The notes below the pieces were generated by a model that saw only the letters and a program-made list of their open reading frames with translations, had not been told where the DNA came from and made no database searches. A program made the position numbers and the translations under genes. From positions 120,838,001 to 120,902,000 of the forward strand of contig NC_091983.1 in NCBI RefSeq assembly GCF_044704955.1: DNA of 64,000 nt, read 5' to 3'. Source of the DNA: Pristiophorus japonicus. Taxonomy: Eukaryota. Shown in pieces: positions 50,056-62,392 of the stretch (positions within the stretch are counted from its first letter, which is position 1; every line of letters begins with the position of its first letter).

Positions 50056-53000
50056 TATTATATATGCAGACTATAGATATACTCTCTGTGTAGTCACTGT
50101 ATAGTTGCATAAGATGGAGACTTGTTTACCTGATGTACTATCAATAAGGTTTACAATGTGTATATATTATGCTGGTACCACTAGAGGGTGCAACTGGTGG
50201 AGATCGGGGTTTCCTGCCCTGGTAGCAGGGGTTGTATAAAAGGGTAGCCACCATGCGGCTGCCTCACTCTGGAGTTATGAATAAAGGAGCAAGGTCACTA
50301 CAGTTTGAGTACAACACATTGCCTTGTGGAGTCATTCATAGGTATGTTAGACATAATAACTGGCGACGAGAATACGGACTTTCACGCGATTATGACTACC
50401 TTTGGCACACTAAAAGACTTTGCAGAGCGTGATGATTGGGATGCCTTCACGGAAAGGCTCGAGCTATATTTCGTGGCAAATGACCTGACAGGGGTGACGT
50501 ACGTATCGGCGGAGAAGCGCAAGGCTACACTGCTGACCAGTTGTGGGCCCGAGGTCTACCGCCTCATCAGGGACTTGCTGGCACCCACGAAGGCCAAGGA
50601 TAAGACATACGATGATCTGACTGAATTAATTCGCGACCAACTAAAACCAAAAGAGAACATCCTCACAGCCAGGCACAGATTCTACATTCACTGCAGACCT
50701 GAGAGTCAGGAGATTGCAAAATATGCCGCCGACCTCAGGAGACTTGCGGCACCGTGTGATTTTGTCACACACCTCAACAAAGCATTGCAAGATATCTTTG
50801 TTATGGGAATTGGCCATGAGGGCCTCCTTCACAAACTATTATGTGCCGACACCACAGTCAGAAGGCCATCAGCATCAGTCAGGCGTTCATGACCTCGACT
50901 TGCAGCACCAAGCAAATTATTCATCCTGTGGATTCAAACCCGGCAAGTACTGTACACAGAATGGTGCCTTTCACAGGCAAGACTGTAGAATATGGCTCTG
51001 GCCAGGGAAGAGAGCACAGACCTTAGGGTTCCAGAATTGAGTCTGCCGAGGGGTGCTAATTGAGTAGCACCATGCTGACTTTGCGGAGGAAACCATAGGG
51101 CTCACCAGTGTCGGTTTACTGAATACGTATGCAAAGCCTGCAACACGAAGGGCCACCTCTAGTGTATGTGTAAAAGGAATATGACTCACCGTCTAGCAGG
51201 AGTCGGTAGATGACTTTGAATCCAACGGGGAGCATGATGATTTGGCCAGAGAGGCAGCTCAGCCCCAAGAAGAAGCGTATGGAGTGTATATCTACACCAC
51301 TGATTGTCCTCCAGTGAAGATGGAAGTCGAGATAAATGGTGATCCAGTCTTCATGGAAGTGGACACGGGAGCGAGCCAGTCAATGATGAGCCAGGATGCC
51401 TTTGAGAGGCTATAGAACCGAAAACAACCCAAGCTGGTTCCAGTACAGGAAAAGTTGCGCACCTACACCAAGGAGCTGATCCCAGTCCTTGGTAGTGCGG
51501 ATGTAAGTATAATCCATAATGGTGTGGTACACAAGTTACTTCTGTGGATTGTTTCAGGTGATGCTCCAACACTACTCGGAAGGTGGATGGGGAAGATCCA
51601 GTGGAAATGGGAAGACTTTTTCACTCCAGCAATCGATGTCCCCTCTGCTCAGAGGCAGAGCAAAACCTCACCTTCGCTTGGGCCCGGCACCAGAGAACAG
51701 ACCAGCGCAGCACCTGAGGCACAGACTGTCCATCATGACTGCGTGGCAATGATCCGACTGGAACGACGTAAAAGTACCTTCCCGGCTCCAGTGGCAGGAC
51801 TCCTGGGGAGTAAGATCGAATTCACAGGCACTCTTCCAGCTTTTGTGGCAGAATTGCGGGAGAGAAGGATCAAGGCAGTCGACCTTGAGGGACAGCGGCA
51901 AGACGGCGTCCCTGCTGCAGCAAGGTGCAGCGTGGTTGAAAAAAAAGATGGCTGCGGCAATACCACGAGGTGCAATGCTGAGGGACCAACATGTGGTGTC
52001 TTACAAAGGATTTGATTGGGGTAAAGCCAGCAGGGTTCTCTTAAAGGAGACCTGTAACCAACTGAACTTAAAGAGACATTGTATTCATGGCAATCAATGT
52101 AACGAATCGATTAAGATTGTGAACAAAATATTGTTGCGAGATGTTGGTACTATTCCTAATGTAAAGAACAAAATGTTGTTGTGAGATGTCGGAAATAGAA
52201 TGTCACCAAAAGTAGCAAGCGAGCGAATTCGGGAAGGTGAAGGCGCTGATCCTGATGCCCTGCCCCAGGTGTCCCCACAAGTTATAGGCCAGCTACCTCA
52301 GGAGGGTGAAGGCACTGGTCCTGATACCCTGCTCCAGGTCTATCCCATGCTGCAGGCACCCGATGGCACCATTCGCCACGGACCTGGAAACAAAAATGGC
52401 GCCAATACGCGCAGTCGGCCGCCGTTGCCCACCACCCGGGTGGAGACGGTGCAGCCCCCAGACCCAGTCACTACCTCGGCCATGTCCGGGAGCGAAAGCT
52501 CAGAACCAACGAGTTCCCCAAATGGGATCTGGAACAGCCAGGTTCCCAACACCGTTAGAGAACAGGTAGAAGATTCCACAGCCCTCAAAGGAGGACAGGG
52601 AGGCCACACACATCTGTGGCTCTGCCCACCACCAGGCAACGGCAAAGATCGAGAGTCCTGGCAAGGTGAGTGAACCAAGCCCACCCCGCTAGCAGGGGGT
52701 GCAGCGCTGCCATCAGACGACTAGGACCCTGTCCGGTTGCTGTCCTCGCATACCTGTACTGCTACCTCAGTATTTACCATGACTGAACTATGAATGTAAT
52801 CTACCCAATCCTGGCGCACGACCGTAAAACGTAACGAATGTAAGTCACTGAACCAAGGTGTCACGATACAAACTGTTTTTTTTCCTTCCTTTCTTTGTAC
52901 TTGCACTGTGTCTGATCCTGTATGTTAATGTAATGGGCCAGCTGCCATGATCTCGCTGGTGCGGGGTGGGGTAAATGGATGTATGTAGCCATGGACACAC

Positions 53001-53954
53001 ACATGGATCACACCCAGAACCCACTGGAACCTCCACTGCATCATCAAACCATCCAAACTGGTAACCACTACCCAACGTTGTGGCAAAAGGATTTGAGGGT
53101 TAACAGGGAGAGAGCCAAGCCAAAGCACAGCCAAGGTGCAAGGGCTTTTGGCACTTAACTCTGGGGAGAGCTAAGCCAGGGCACTTAGTGCAAAGATAAT
53201 TGGCACAAAGGACTTGGGAGAGAATTATGTTATATATGCAGACTATAGATATACTCTCTGTGTTGTCACTGTATAGTTGCATAAGATGGAGATTTGTTTA
53301 CCTGATGTATAGGCAACTCTCGATTATCTGCACACGGATGCAGCGGGAAACTGTTGTAACGGCATTTAAAATTCCGTGTGTGTGACGTCACTTTGAAACT
53401 CTAATGTTCCTTTCGAAAGTTGCCTGTTGAGCCTTGCTTTTTAAGCGCTCTGCCTTGCCTCAGCTCCCGCTGCTGCTCGCACACAGGTCCACTGCCTTTC
53501 ATAATTCATTAAAATGCCATGAACAGTTACAGGAAGTAATCAACAAGCCTAATGGTCTTTAGATCTAGAGGACTAGAATTCAAGGATTAGAAGATATGCT
53601 ACAGCTATTGATTAGAGCACACCTGCAGTACTGTAAGCATTAACTGTAGTGCCAACTCGCTCTAACGGAGAAATCATTTACCTGGCATAGCCCAATCCCC
53701 GAGGGACCCGGATAATCGAGAGTTGCCTGTACTATCAATAAGGTTTACAATGTGTATATACTATGCTGGCACCACTAGAGGGTGCAACTGGTGGAGACCG
53801 GGGTTTCCTGCCCTGGTGGCAGGGGCTGTATAAAAGGGTAGCCGCCATGCGGCTGCCTCACTCTGGAGTTACGAATAAAGGACCAAGGTCACTACAGTTT
53901 GAGTACAACATATTGCGTCGTGGAGTCATTTATAGGTACATTACAGACATAACA
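50056..53954 (+). mobile_element. Gypsy (Mag-like) LTR element 3, non-autonomous, retaining gag and protease
   Basis: LTRs 50056-50358 and 53228-53954 (the latter interrupted), TSD CTTTG/GTTTG, primer-binding site at 50361. Gag DWDAFTERLELYFVAND and protease MEVDTGASQS are present; no RT catalytic core is seen. Confidence 0.9.
53310..53729. mobile_element. Tigger/pogo-type MITE inserted in the 3' LTR of element 3
   Basis: TIRs (T)AGGCAACTCTCGATTATC / GATAATCGAGAGTTGCCTG with TA duplication. Absent from the 5' LTR, which reads GATGTA|CTATC. Confidence 0.92.
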
Positions 53955-54109
53955 GTTTGCCTGTTAACGAACTGCAGAAGGCGATTTCTTATGCACTAGA
54001 TTCCTCATTGTTCTGTTGATTCTCTTAGAATCTCTCTTCTGTGTGTTAATAAATGTAAGATGCACTGCTATTTTAATATTTTCTTTGTCTGTTATAGCTT
54101 GATTTCAGG

Positions 54110-54201
54110 ATGACTGTTAGCATTCTTTTTTGTCTTCGTATGGCAATTCTTGCATTTGTGCTACCCTGCAGCTCAATGGTTATGGGCCACTGGTCTCTTT
54201 G
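54110..54201 (+). CDS. Candidate first coding exon (signal-peptide-like) of an unidentified host gene
   Basis: Polypyrimidine acceptor TTTTCTTTGTCTGTTATAG (54097), ATG at 54110, peptide MTVSILFCLRMAILAFVLPCSSMVMGHWSL plus TG, and a phase-2 donor |GTATGT. Confidence 0.45.
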
Positions 54202-55331
54202 GTATGTATTATAGTAACTGTGCTTGCTTTTAGATTTCTGCCAATTTCACAGTGCAACCAGCATGCTTGGATAATCATCAGTCAACCCTGAAGCGTGTAT
54301 GATATATTCCTCTACTGAGGCAGAACTGGCTGTTTCAACTGCTGTCTGTCGAATTACAATTGTTTAGTAAAAGAGACAAATGGAAGATTAGTTTAGCACA
54401 CAAATTATTTTGAAAGAAATCTGACAATTCCACAACAAAATAGTTAGATACATAAGTATTCGAAGTTACAGGTTGTGTACTGATATAACCTGGTATCAAT
54501 TTGCTGTAATTACTTGACTGATTTTATAGTGCTATTTAAAATCTTAACTGTCCCCGGATGAGTCTTCAATATCACCATATTATAAATTCTAATGGGCCCG
54601 ACAGTGGTTTACTTGTCTGGCACGGTTTAGCAATTGCTTAAGTAAAGCTTCGCACTGAGAATGAAAGATATCCTGAGAGGCCAGATGACAATCTCTTCTT
54701 TTGAGTTGTTGGTAGCGTTAATACTGAATGAAATTCTAACCTGAAGTTCCTGTAACTCGGTCAGTTCAGGGTGTTTATCAGAATACCAAATTAAGGCGAA
54801 TTTGAATGTGGATGAGCCTACTCCATAACAGCATCAGCAGAGAGTGACAAATATTGCTGAATTGTCATTTGGCTTATCCCACTGCAAACTCTCTTCCCAT
54901 CATGCTAATTGTTGATATAAAGCTAAATGAAAGGCACCAACATGAGAATTGGATAGAAAGCAAAAAACATGAGCATGACTATGCTGTTCTCCCTTTACAG
55001 TCACTAACAGCCTTACCAAGCAGGTTTGCTGTCCAGCTAGAACTATGCCCGATTTTAACTTCAGGTAGATTCTCTGCTCAGGCCTGAGTTAAAATTACAG
55101 ACGTGTCTTAAGGATATCATCAGGCCGCAACATGCATGTATAAAGAAGGACCCTGTTGTCTCTGGGTGCATATCCTTGCTGCCTGGTCAGGAGAGCAGGT
55201 TAAAATTGCAGCGGCTGCGATCATGGCGACTTTCAGACAGGTAAGGGCCAGGGCGATTTTTATTGCCCACCCACCAGGTTTCTGCTGAGCGAGTAGGATT
55301 AAAATCACCCCATGTCCACTATGATCCAGCA

Positions 55332-56746
55332 CAGGGGTGGGCAATCATTTATCTTGGAGGGCCACTTAACAAGCTTTGGTAAGCTGTTGAGGGCCACAGG
55401 TGCACACATCAAATGAATTGCGTTAGCAACAGTACCATTAACATTTTTTATGGCATTTATTGTATAAAAGAACCCTTCATGTTATTTCCACACTAAATAA
55501 AAATAACAATGCTTATTAACATGCTAATAAACATGATACAGATTTATAAGTCGTATTGAAAAGCTCCCAATCTGTTTATTCCAAATGGTCTAAATTCATT
55601 GTTCTAGTGGAAAATGAGAGATCGATTCTACTTCCACTGGCAATTATAAACAAGGTATAAGGCACAATCAAGGATAAAATCATTTATGCAACCTTTAAAA
55701 ATTGCAGATGAAAGTTCTACTTTGATGCTTTTGAAACCTCGCGACAAAATAATTAGGTGACTCAGAAAATGATTTATACTGCAAATTTGCACCCTTCACT
55801 CCTGAGAAACGCCAAGATGCCTAGAGAGCTCGTGGACTTTCACTTGAGAATGAGCACAAGTAATGCAGCATTATAATACACATTTCTTCCTTGAGTACCA
55901 TTTATTACTGGGATTGGTCAAAGACATTAATCTCTACAACCTTCTTCCAGTCATGACAATAAACTTAAATTGTTCATGCTAAGAGGAAAAAGGGCTTACA
56001 TTAAAAACAGTGAATGCAATGATGCAATGTCCAATATACCCGGATCCATTTAGTTATGTCTCCACTATGATAATTAATTGGGATAATATTAAAATGAGTA
56101 AATAATTATACAAGAATTAATAACCCCACTAACAGTCATTGGTTAGAGCAAAGTGTAAAATTAGTAAATTTGAAACAGGCTAATTTGTAGTGTTGATCAT
56201 TATTCCCACTTCTACCCTCCTAATAATTTATAAACATAAATTCAAATAGTAATCAGATACTATTTTAAATACTCAAAATGTAGTGTAAAATAGTAAAATC
56301 TTGCATCACTAAATGAATTAAATGATTGATTATATGTTGTACTGAAAGTCTATGTGGTTGTTTGGCAGAGCGGTTGAAGTCTGCAGGGCCTCCAACACAA
56401 GAGGAGTTCTCGTTTTAGTGTGCTGAGTATGGAAGCCCGAGGCTTTGCATGGCCTGAATTGCAATAACGTGCCAGTAGCTGGAGTTCTTGTGCTCTGGGA
56501 TCCACTCCCATGTCTAAAGTGGCGATGAGAACTCCCCTGCCATCGTACTCTGGGTACTGGGAGAGGAAAAATGCAGCGTGGTTTCTTTTTCCGGTAAAAG
56601 GGTGATCAAGATGAACCATAACTCAACTCAGACTAGTGTGCAGCTGGAGCTCCGGTTCGCACTCTATTTCTGTCCCATCCAACGGGCTGGATAGAATGCA
56701 CTGGCAGGCCGCATACAGCCCATGAGCTGTATTTTTCCCACCACTG
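55332..56746. mobile_element. Non-autonomous hAT (Charlie-like) DNA transposon
   Basis: TIRs CAGGGGTGGGCAA / TTCCCACCACTG and subterminal GAGGGCCAC/GGCCGCA motifs. The 8-bp flanks ATCCAGCA / ATCTGGCA are 6/8 identical, each one change from ATCTAGCA. Confidence 0.8.
56479..56600 (-). pseudogene. TPP2: Fragment of tripeptidyl-peptidase II N-terminus, one frameshift
   Basis: [40 protein letters not shown] compared with vertebrate TPP2 [41 protein letters not shown] (recalled from memory). Confidence 0.88.
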
Positions 56747-56867
56747 ATCTGGCATGTATATCAACACAAGAATGAATACAACACTGGATCTGCATCCAGA
56801 TATTTTTAGTTGGCATGTTGAAAGAAATACAGTGTTTGCTTAAACTAGAAGTGGCTAACTCAAACTT

Positions 56868-57700
56868 CATAGAATCACAGAATAGTGCAGCACAGAAGGC
56901 GGCCGTTCGGCCCATCGAGTCTGCGGTGGCTCTTTCAAAGAGCAATCCAGTTAGTCCCACTTGCCCGCTCTTTCCCAATATCGCTGCAATTTTTTCTCTT
57001 TCAAGTATATATCCAATTCTTTTTTGAAGGCGACTATTGAATCTGTATCCACCACCCTATCAGGCAAATCCTAACCACTTGTTGCATAAAAAAGCTTTTT
57101 CTCGCGTCGCCTCTGGTTCTTTTGCCAGTCACCTTAAATTTGTCCCCTCTGGTTATCGACTCTTCAGCCATCAGAAACAGTTTCTCTATTTACTCTAAAT
57201 CCTTCATGATTTTAAACACCGCTATCAAATCTCCTCTTAGCCTTCTCTGCTCCAAGGAGAACATCCCCCAGCTTCTCCAGTCTATCCATGTATCTGAAGT
57301 TCCTAATCCCTGGAATCATTCTGATAAATCTCTTCTTACCCTCTCCAAAGCCTTCACGTCCTTCCTAAAGTGTGATGCTAGAACTGGCCATAACACTCCA
57401 GCTGGGGTCGAGCTAGTTTTTTTATTTAGGTTTAGTAAAACTTCTTGGGCTTTTGTACTCTATGCCTCTATTTATAAAGCCCAAAATCCCATAACCTTTA
57501 TTAATTGCTTTGCTAACCTGTCCTGCCATCTTCAAAGATTTGTGCACAAACTCTCCCAGGTCTCTCTCTTCTTACTTCCCCTTTAAAATTGTACCAATTA
57601 GCATGTATTGCCTCTCCTCATTCTTCCTACCAAAATGTATCATCTCACAATTTCTTGCAATGAATTTAATCTGCCATGTGTCCACCCATTCCAGTCTGTC
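56868..57700 (-). mobile_element. CR1 LINE 3' fragment
   Basis: Reverse-strand CR1 3' UTR (CATAGAATCACAGAA...GGCCGTTCGGCCCATCGAG) and decayed ORF2 C-terminus. Confidence 0.85.
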
Positions 57701-57704
57701 TATT

Positions 57705-58960
57705 CTAGAATCATAGAATGCTTACAGCACATAAGGAGACCATTTGGCCCGTCGAACCCTCTGTAAGAGCACTTCAGCTAGTCCCACACCACTGCTCTTT
57801 CCAGTAGCTCTGCAAGTTTTTTTTCCTTCAGGTACTTATCCAATTTTCTTTTAAAAGCCACAATTGAATCTGCCTCCACCACCCATTCAGGCAGTGCATT
57901 CCAGATCCTAACCACTCGCTGCGTAAGAAAGCTTTTCTCCTGTCACCTTTAGTTCTTCTGCCAATCACGTTAAATCTGTGTCCTCTGATTCTCGACCCTT
58001 CCGTCAATGGGAATAGTTTATCTCTATCTAGACCCCTCATGATTTTAAACACCTCTATCAAATCTCTACTCAACCTTTGCTGCTCTAAGGAGAACAACTG
58101 GAGCTTCTCCAGTCTATCCACGTAACTGAAGTCCCTCATCCCTGGAACTGGTCTTGTAAATCTTTTCTACACCTTGGCCTTCACATCATTCCTAAAGTCC
58201 GGTGCCCAGAATTGGACACAACAGTCCAGTTGAGATTGAACCAATGTTTTATAAAGGTTCATCATAACTTCCTTGCAAAATAGTGAATGCATTTATGAAG
58301 CCCAGGATTCCATATGCTTTTTTAACCATTTTTTCAACCTGCCCTGCCACCTTCAACAATTTGTGCACTTATTTCCCCAGGTCTCTCTGTTCATGCACTG
58401 CCTTTAGATTAGTACCCTTCAGTTTATAATGCCTCTCCTTGTTCTTCCTACCAAAATGTATCACTTTGCACTTTTCTGCATTAAATTTCATCAGCCACCC
58501 TTCTGCCCATTCCACCAGCTTGTCTATGTCCTCTTGAAGTCTATCACTAGCCTCCTCACTGTTCACTATACTTCCAAGTTTTATGTCATCGGCAAATTTT
58601 GAAATTGTGCCCTGTACACCCAAGTTCAAATCATTAATATACATCAAGAAAAGCAGTGGTCTTAGTACCGACCCCTGAGGAACACCACTATATAGCTTCC
58701 TCCAGTCTGAAACACAACTGTTCACCACTACTCTCTGTTTCCTGTCACTTAGTCAATTTCGTATCCATGCTGCCACTGTCCCTTTTATTCCACTGGCTTC
58801 ATCTTTGCTGGCAAGCCTATTGGGTGGCACTTAATCAAACGCCTTTGGAAGCCCATGTACACCACAACAACTACATACCCTCCGCAGCCCTCTCTGTTAC
58901 CTCATCAAAAAACTCAATAAATTTAGTTAAACACAATTTGCCTTCAACAAATCCATGCTG
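57705..58960 (-). mobile_element. CR1 LINE fragment (RT to 3' end)
   Basis: SGVPQGSVLRPLLFLMYINDL...ISKFADDIKL...FNAEKCKVIHFG and DRLEKLQLFSLEQQRL. Confidence 0.92.
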
Positions 58961-59336
58961 TACATTCTATATACCAGACAAAAGATCGTAGACTGAAATT
59001 TTACCTGTAACTGGGTTCGGGTGTGGGGGGAGGGGCCGCGTATTGGGTCGCCATCACGAATTTTCCAGCAGCGCGCTCTCCACTGTGTGTTTAACTTAAC
59101 TAGATCGATTAACTGAGTCATGCGGGTTTCTCAGCCAATTATATGGAGCAGGTTTGATGATGTCACAGAGACTCGCCTTCAGCTCGCCTATTTAAAGGAA
59201 CCTTGCACACATTAAAGTTGAAGTTTGTTGTAGGAGGATCTGAGGTGGTTGTAAGAGGTACCTGCCTTTACTTTGACTGTGAGGGTGCAATCATTCAATA
59301 CTGTGACTGTGAGGTTGCAATCATTTATAGTCAACA

Positions 59337-62300
59337 ATGCATTCTCAGCATCAGAAGGCTGTGCCCAGGTTCTCAGAATCCTTCCTGGATATCCTGCTCC
59401 AGGGAGTGAAAGCAAGGAAGGAGGTCCTCTTCCCTGCTGGTGACAGGAAGAGGTCATCCAGTGAAACATAGAGGGCATAGCTGGAGATTGTCCACGAAAT
59501 GATCAGCAGGGGTGTTGTCAGCCATTCCTGGATGTAATGCAGGAAGAGATTTAATGACCTCATGAAGTCAGGAAAGGTGAGTACAATGTCACATTCAATA
59601 GAATCATAGAAAGTTTTGCCACGCCACTCCCTCATAGTCACCCTCCAGGCCATCCATCAACTACACTCATTCCATCACTCACACTCAAAGTTATCTTCTT
59701 TCCCTTCTTGCAAGAGAAGAGAGTGCAGAACAATAGGGCGAGATGGAGAACCGGAGGTGGCCCTCCAATTTACAATATATTGACGCCAGCAGAGGAGGAG
59801 GCGCTGGAATTAAGCGGAGTGGCAGAGCTTCTGGCGGTGGGAGATAGCGAGAGGGGGACCTCCCAGAAACGTAGTGACAGAATTAATTATCATACAGCCA
59901 CATGGCATACAACAGTCACTCATGGTGACTGATATCAGCAGCTAGTGAAATATCATGATGTGCATAATGGTAATGTTAAACATTCTTATCTTAACAGTTC
60001 TAATTCATGTCTTTACTCTCCCACAGGTCCATCAAGTGCTCCCCTGCCTCCCGCACTATCCAGTTAGAATAGGAAGACGACTCATCAGAGGAAGCTGCAG
60101 TCTCTGAGGGTGGATCTTCACATAACTTGCGCACCCAGCACCGGCACAAATACACGCACGTCGATGGGTCCAGTGAGACAAAGAAATGGCGGACCACTTA
60201 AACAAATAATTTGGTTCCGTTTTCACGAAGGAAGACACAAATAACCTTCCGGAAATACTAGGGGACCGAGGGTCTAGTGAGAAGGAGGAACTGAAGGATA
60301 TCCTTATAAAGCGGGAAATTGTGTAAGGGAAATTGATGGGATTGAAGCCCGATAAATCCCCGGAGCCTGATAGTCTGCATCCCAGAGTACTTAAGGAAGT
60401 GGCCATAGAAATAGTGGATGCATTGGTGATCATTTTTCAACAGTCTATCGACTCTGGATCAGTTCCTATGGACTGGAGGGTAGCTAATGTAACACCACTG
60501 TTTAAAAAAAGGAGGGAGACAGAAAATGGGTAATTATAGACCAGTTAGCCTGACATCAGTAGTGGGGAAAATGTTGGAATCAATTATTAAAGATGAAATA
60601 GCAGCGCATTTGGAAAGCAGTGATAGGATTGGTCCAAGTCAGCATGGATTTATGAAAGGGAAATCATGCTTGACAAATCTTCTGGAATTTTTTGAGGATG
60701 TAACTAGTAGAATGGACAAAGGAGAACAAGTGGATGTGGTGAATTTGGACTTTCAAAAGGCTTTTGACAAGGCCCCACACAAGAGATTGGTGTTCAAAAT
60801 CAAAGCACATGGTATTGGGGGTAATGTACTGACGTGGATAGAGAACTGGTTGGCAGACAGGAAGCAGAGAATCGGGATAAACGGGTCCTTTTCAGAATGG
60901 CAGGCAGTGACTAGTGGGGTGCCGCAGGGCTCAGTGCTGGGATCCCAGCTCTTTACAATATGGATTTGGATGAAGGAATTGAGTGTAATATCTCCAAGTT
61001 TGCAGATGACACTAAACTGGGTGGTGGTGTGAGCTGTGAGGAGGACGCTAAAAAGCTGTAGGGTGACTTGGACAGGTTAGTTGAGTGGGCAAATGCATGG
61101 CAGATGCAGTATAATGTGGATAAATGTGAGGTTATCCACTTTGGGGGCAAAAACACTAAGGCAGAATATTATCTGAATGGCGGCAGATTAGGAAAAGGGG
61201 AGGTGCAACGAGACCTAGGTGTCATGGTTCATCAGTCATTGAAAGTTGGCATGCAGGTACAGCAGGCGGTGAAGAAGGCAAATGGTATGTTGGCCTTCAT
61301 AGCTAGGGGATTTGAGTATAGGAGCAGGGAGGTCTTACTGCAGTTGTACAGGGCCTTGGTGAGGCCTTACCTGGAATATTGTGTTCAGTTTTGGTCTCCT
61401 AATCTGAGGAAGGACGTTCTTGCTATTCTTGCAGCGAAGGTTCACCAGACTGATTCCCGGGATGGCGGGACTGACATATGAGGAGAGACTGGATCAACTG
61501 GATCTTTATACACTGGAGTTTAGAAGGATGAGAGGGGATCTCATAGAAACTTATAAGATTCTGACAGGACTGGACAGGTTAGATGTGGAAAGAATGTTCC
61601 CGATGATGGGGAAGTCCAGAATCAGGGGACACAATCTTAGGATAAGGGGTAGGCCATTTAGGACTGAGATGAGGAGAAACTTCTTCACTCAGAGAGTTGT
61701 TAACCTGTGGAATTCCCTACCGCAGAGTGTTGTTGATGCCAGTTCATTGGATATATTCAAGAGGGAGTTAGATATAGCCCTTACGGCTAAAGGTATCAAG
61801 GGGTATGGAGAGAAAGCAGGAAAGGGGTACTGAGGGAATGATCAGCCATGATCTTATTGAATGGTGGTGCAGGCTCGAGGGGCCGAATGGCCTACTCCTG
61901 CCCTATTTTCTATGTTTCTATGTTGTCACCTGGTGTCTCACACACCACAAGTGAGCAAGAGCAGATGGTGGAGACAGGGACAGCATTGGCGAGTCCTCGC
62001 TAGAAGGCACAGGACACTCCAAGCTCTACTCAACTGGATGCAGATGCTAAACGTCGTGGGGCCATCGACAAAGAGGCTGATCTTGGAGGAGCAGCAACAA
62101 ATGTGCTAGGCTCTGGCAGCTTTTCCAGCCACGATGTGCGATTGTAGAGAAAATGGAGGTGTCAATCTCCAACATGAGCAGCACCAGTACGCAGGCAATG
62201 GCGATGATATGCTGTTCCATGGAAAGGATGGCCACCTGTATGGAGCAGCTAATGCGCCAGTCAAACAACAATATGCTGACTGTGAACAACAGTTTGCAGA

Positions 62301-62392
62301 CTCTTGCACTCATCTGTAGAAGGGATATCAGCATAGACGTGGGCGTTCATTGTGCCACTGATGTGCAAAAATGTGCTCCAGCTCGTCGGTGA
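59337..62392 (+). pseudogene. Harbinger Myb/SANT-like gene (exons 59337-59576, ~59714-59873, ~60027 onward, split by CR1)
   Basis: MHSQHQKAVPRFSESFLDILLQGVKARKEVLFP...CRKRFNDLMKSGK|GTGAGT, then exon 2 EKRVQNNRARWRTGGGPP. Several stops. Confidence 0.8.
60175..61925 (+). mobile_element. Relatively young 5'-truncated CR1 LINE
   Basis: KSPEPDSLHPRVLKE, NYRPVSLTSVVGK, QHGFMKGKSCLTNL, GVPQGSVLG, FADDTKL, and a 3' tail TTTCTATGTTTCTATG. Confidence 0.96.

Noticed and set aside
56350-56619. Functional TPP2 gene start
   Set aside because: There is a frameshift, no native N-terminus, no splice donor and no further TPP2 exons, and it lies within transposon TIRs.
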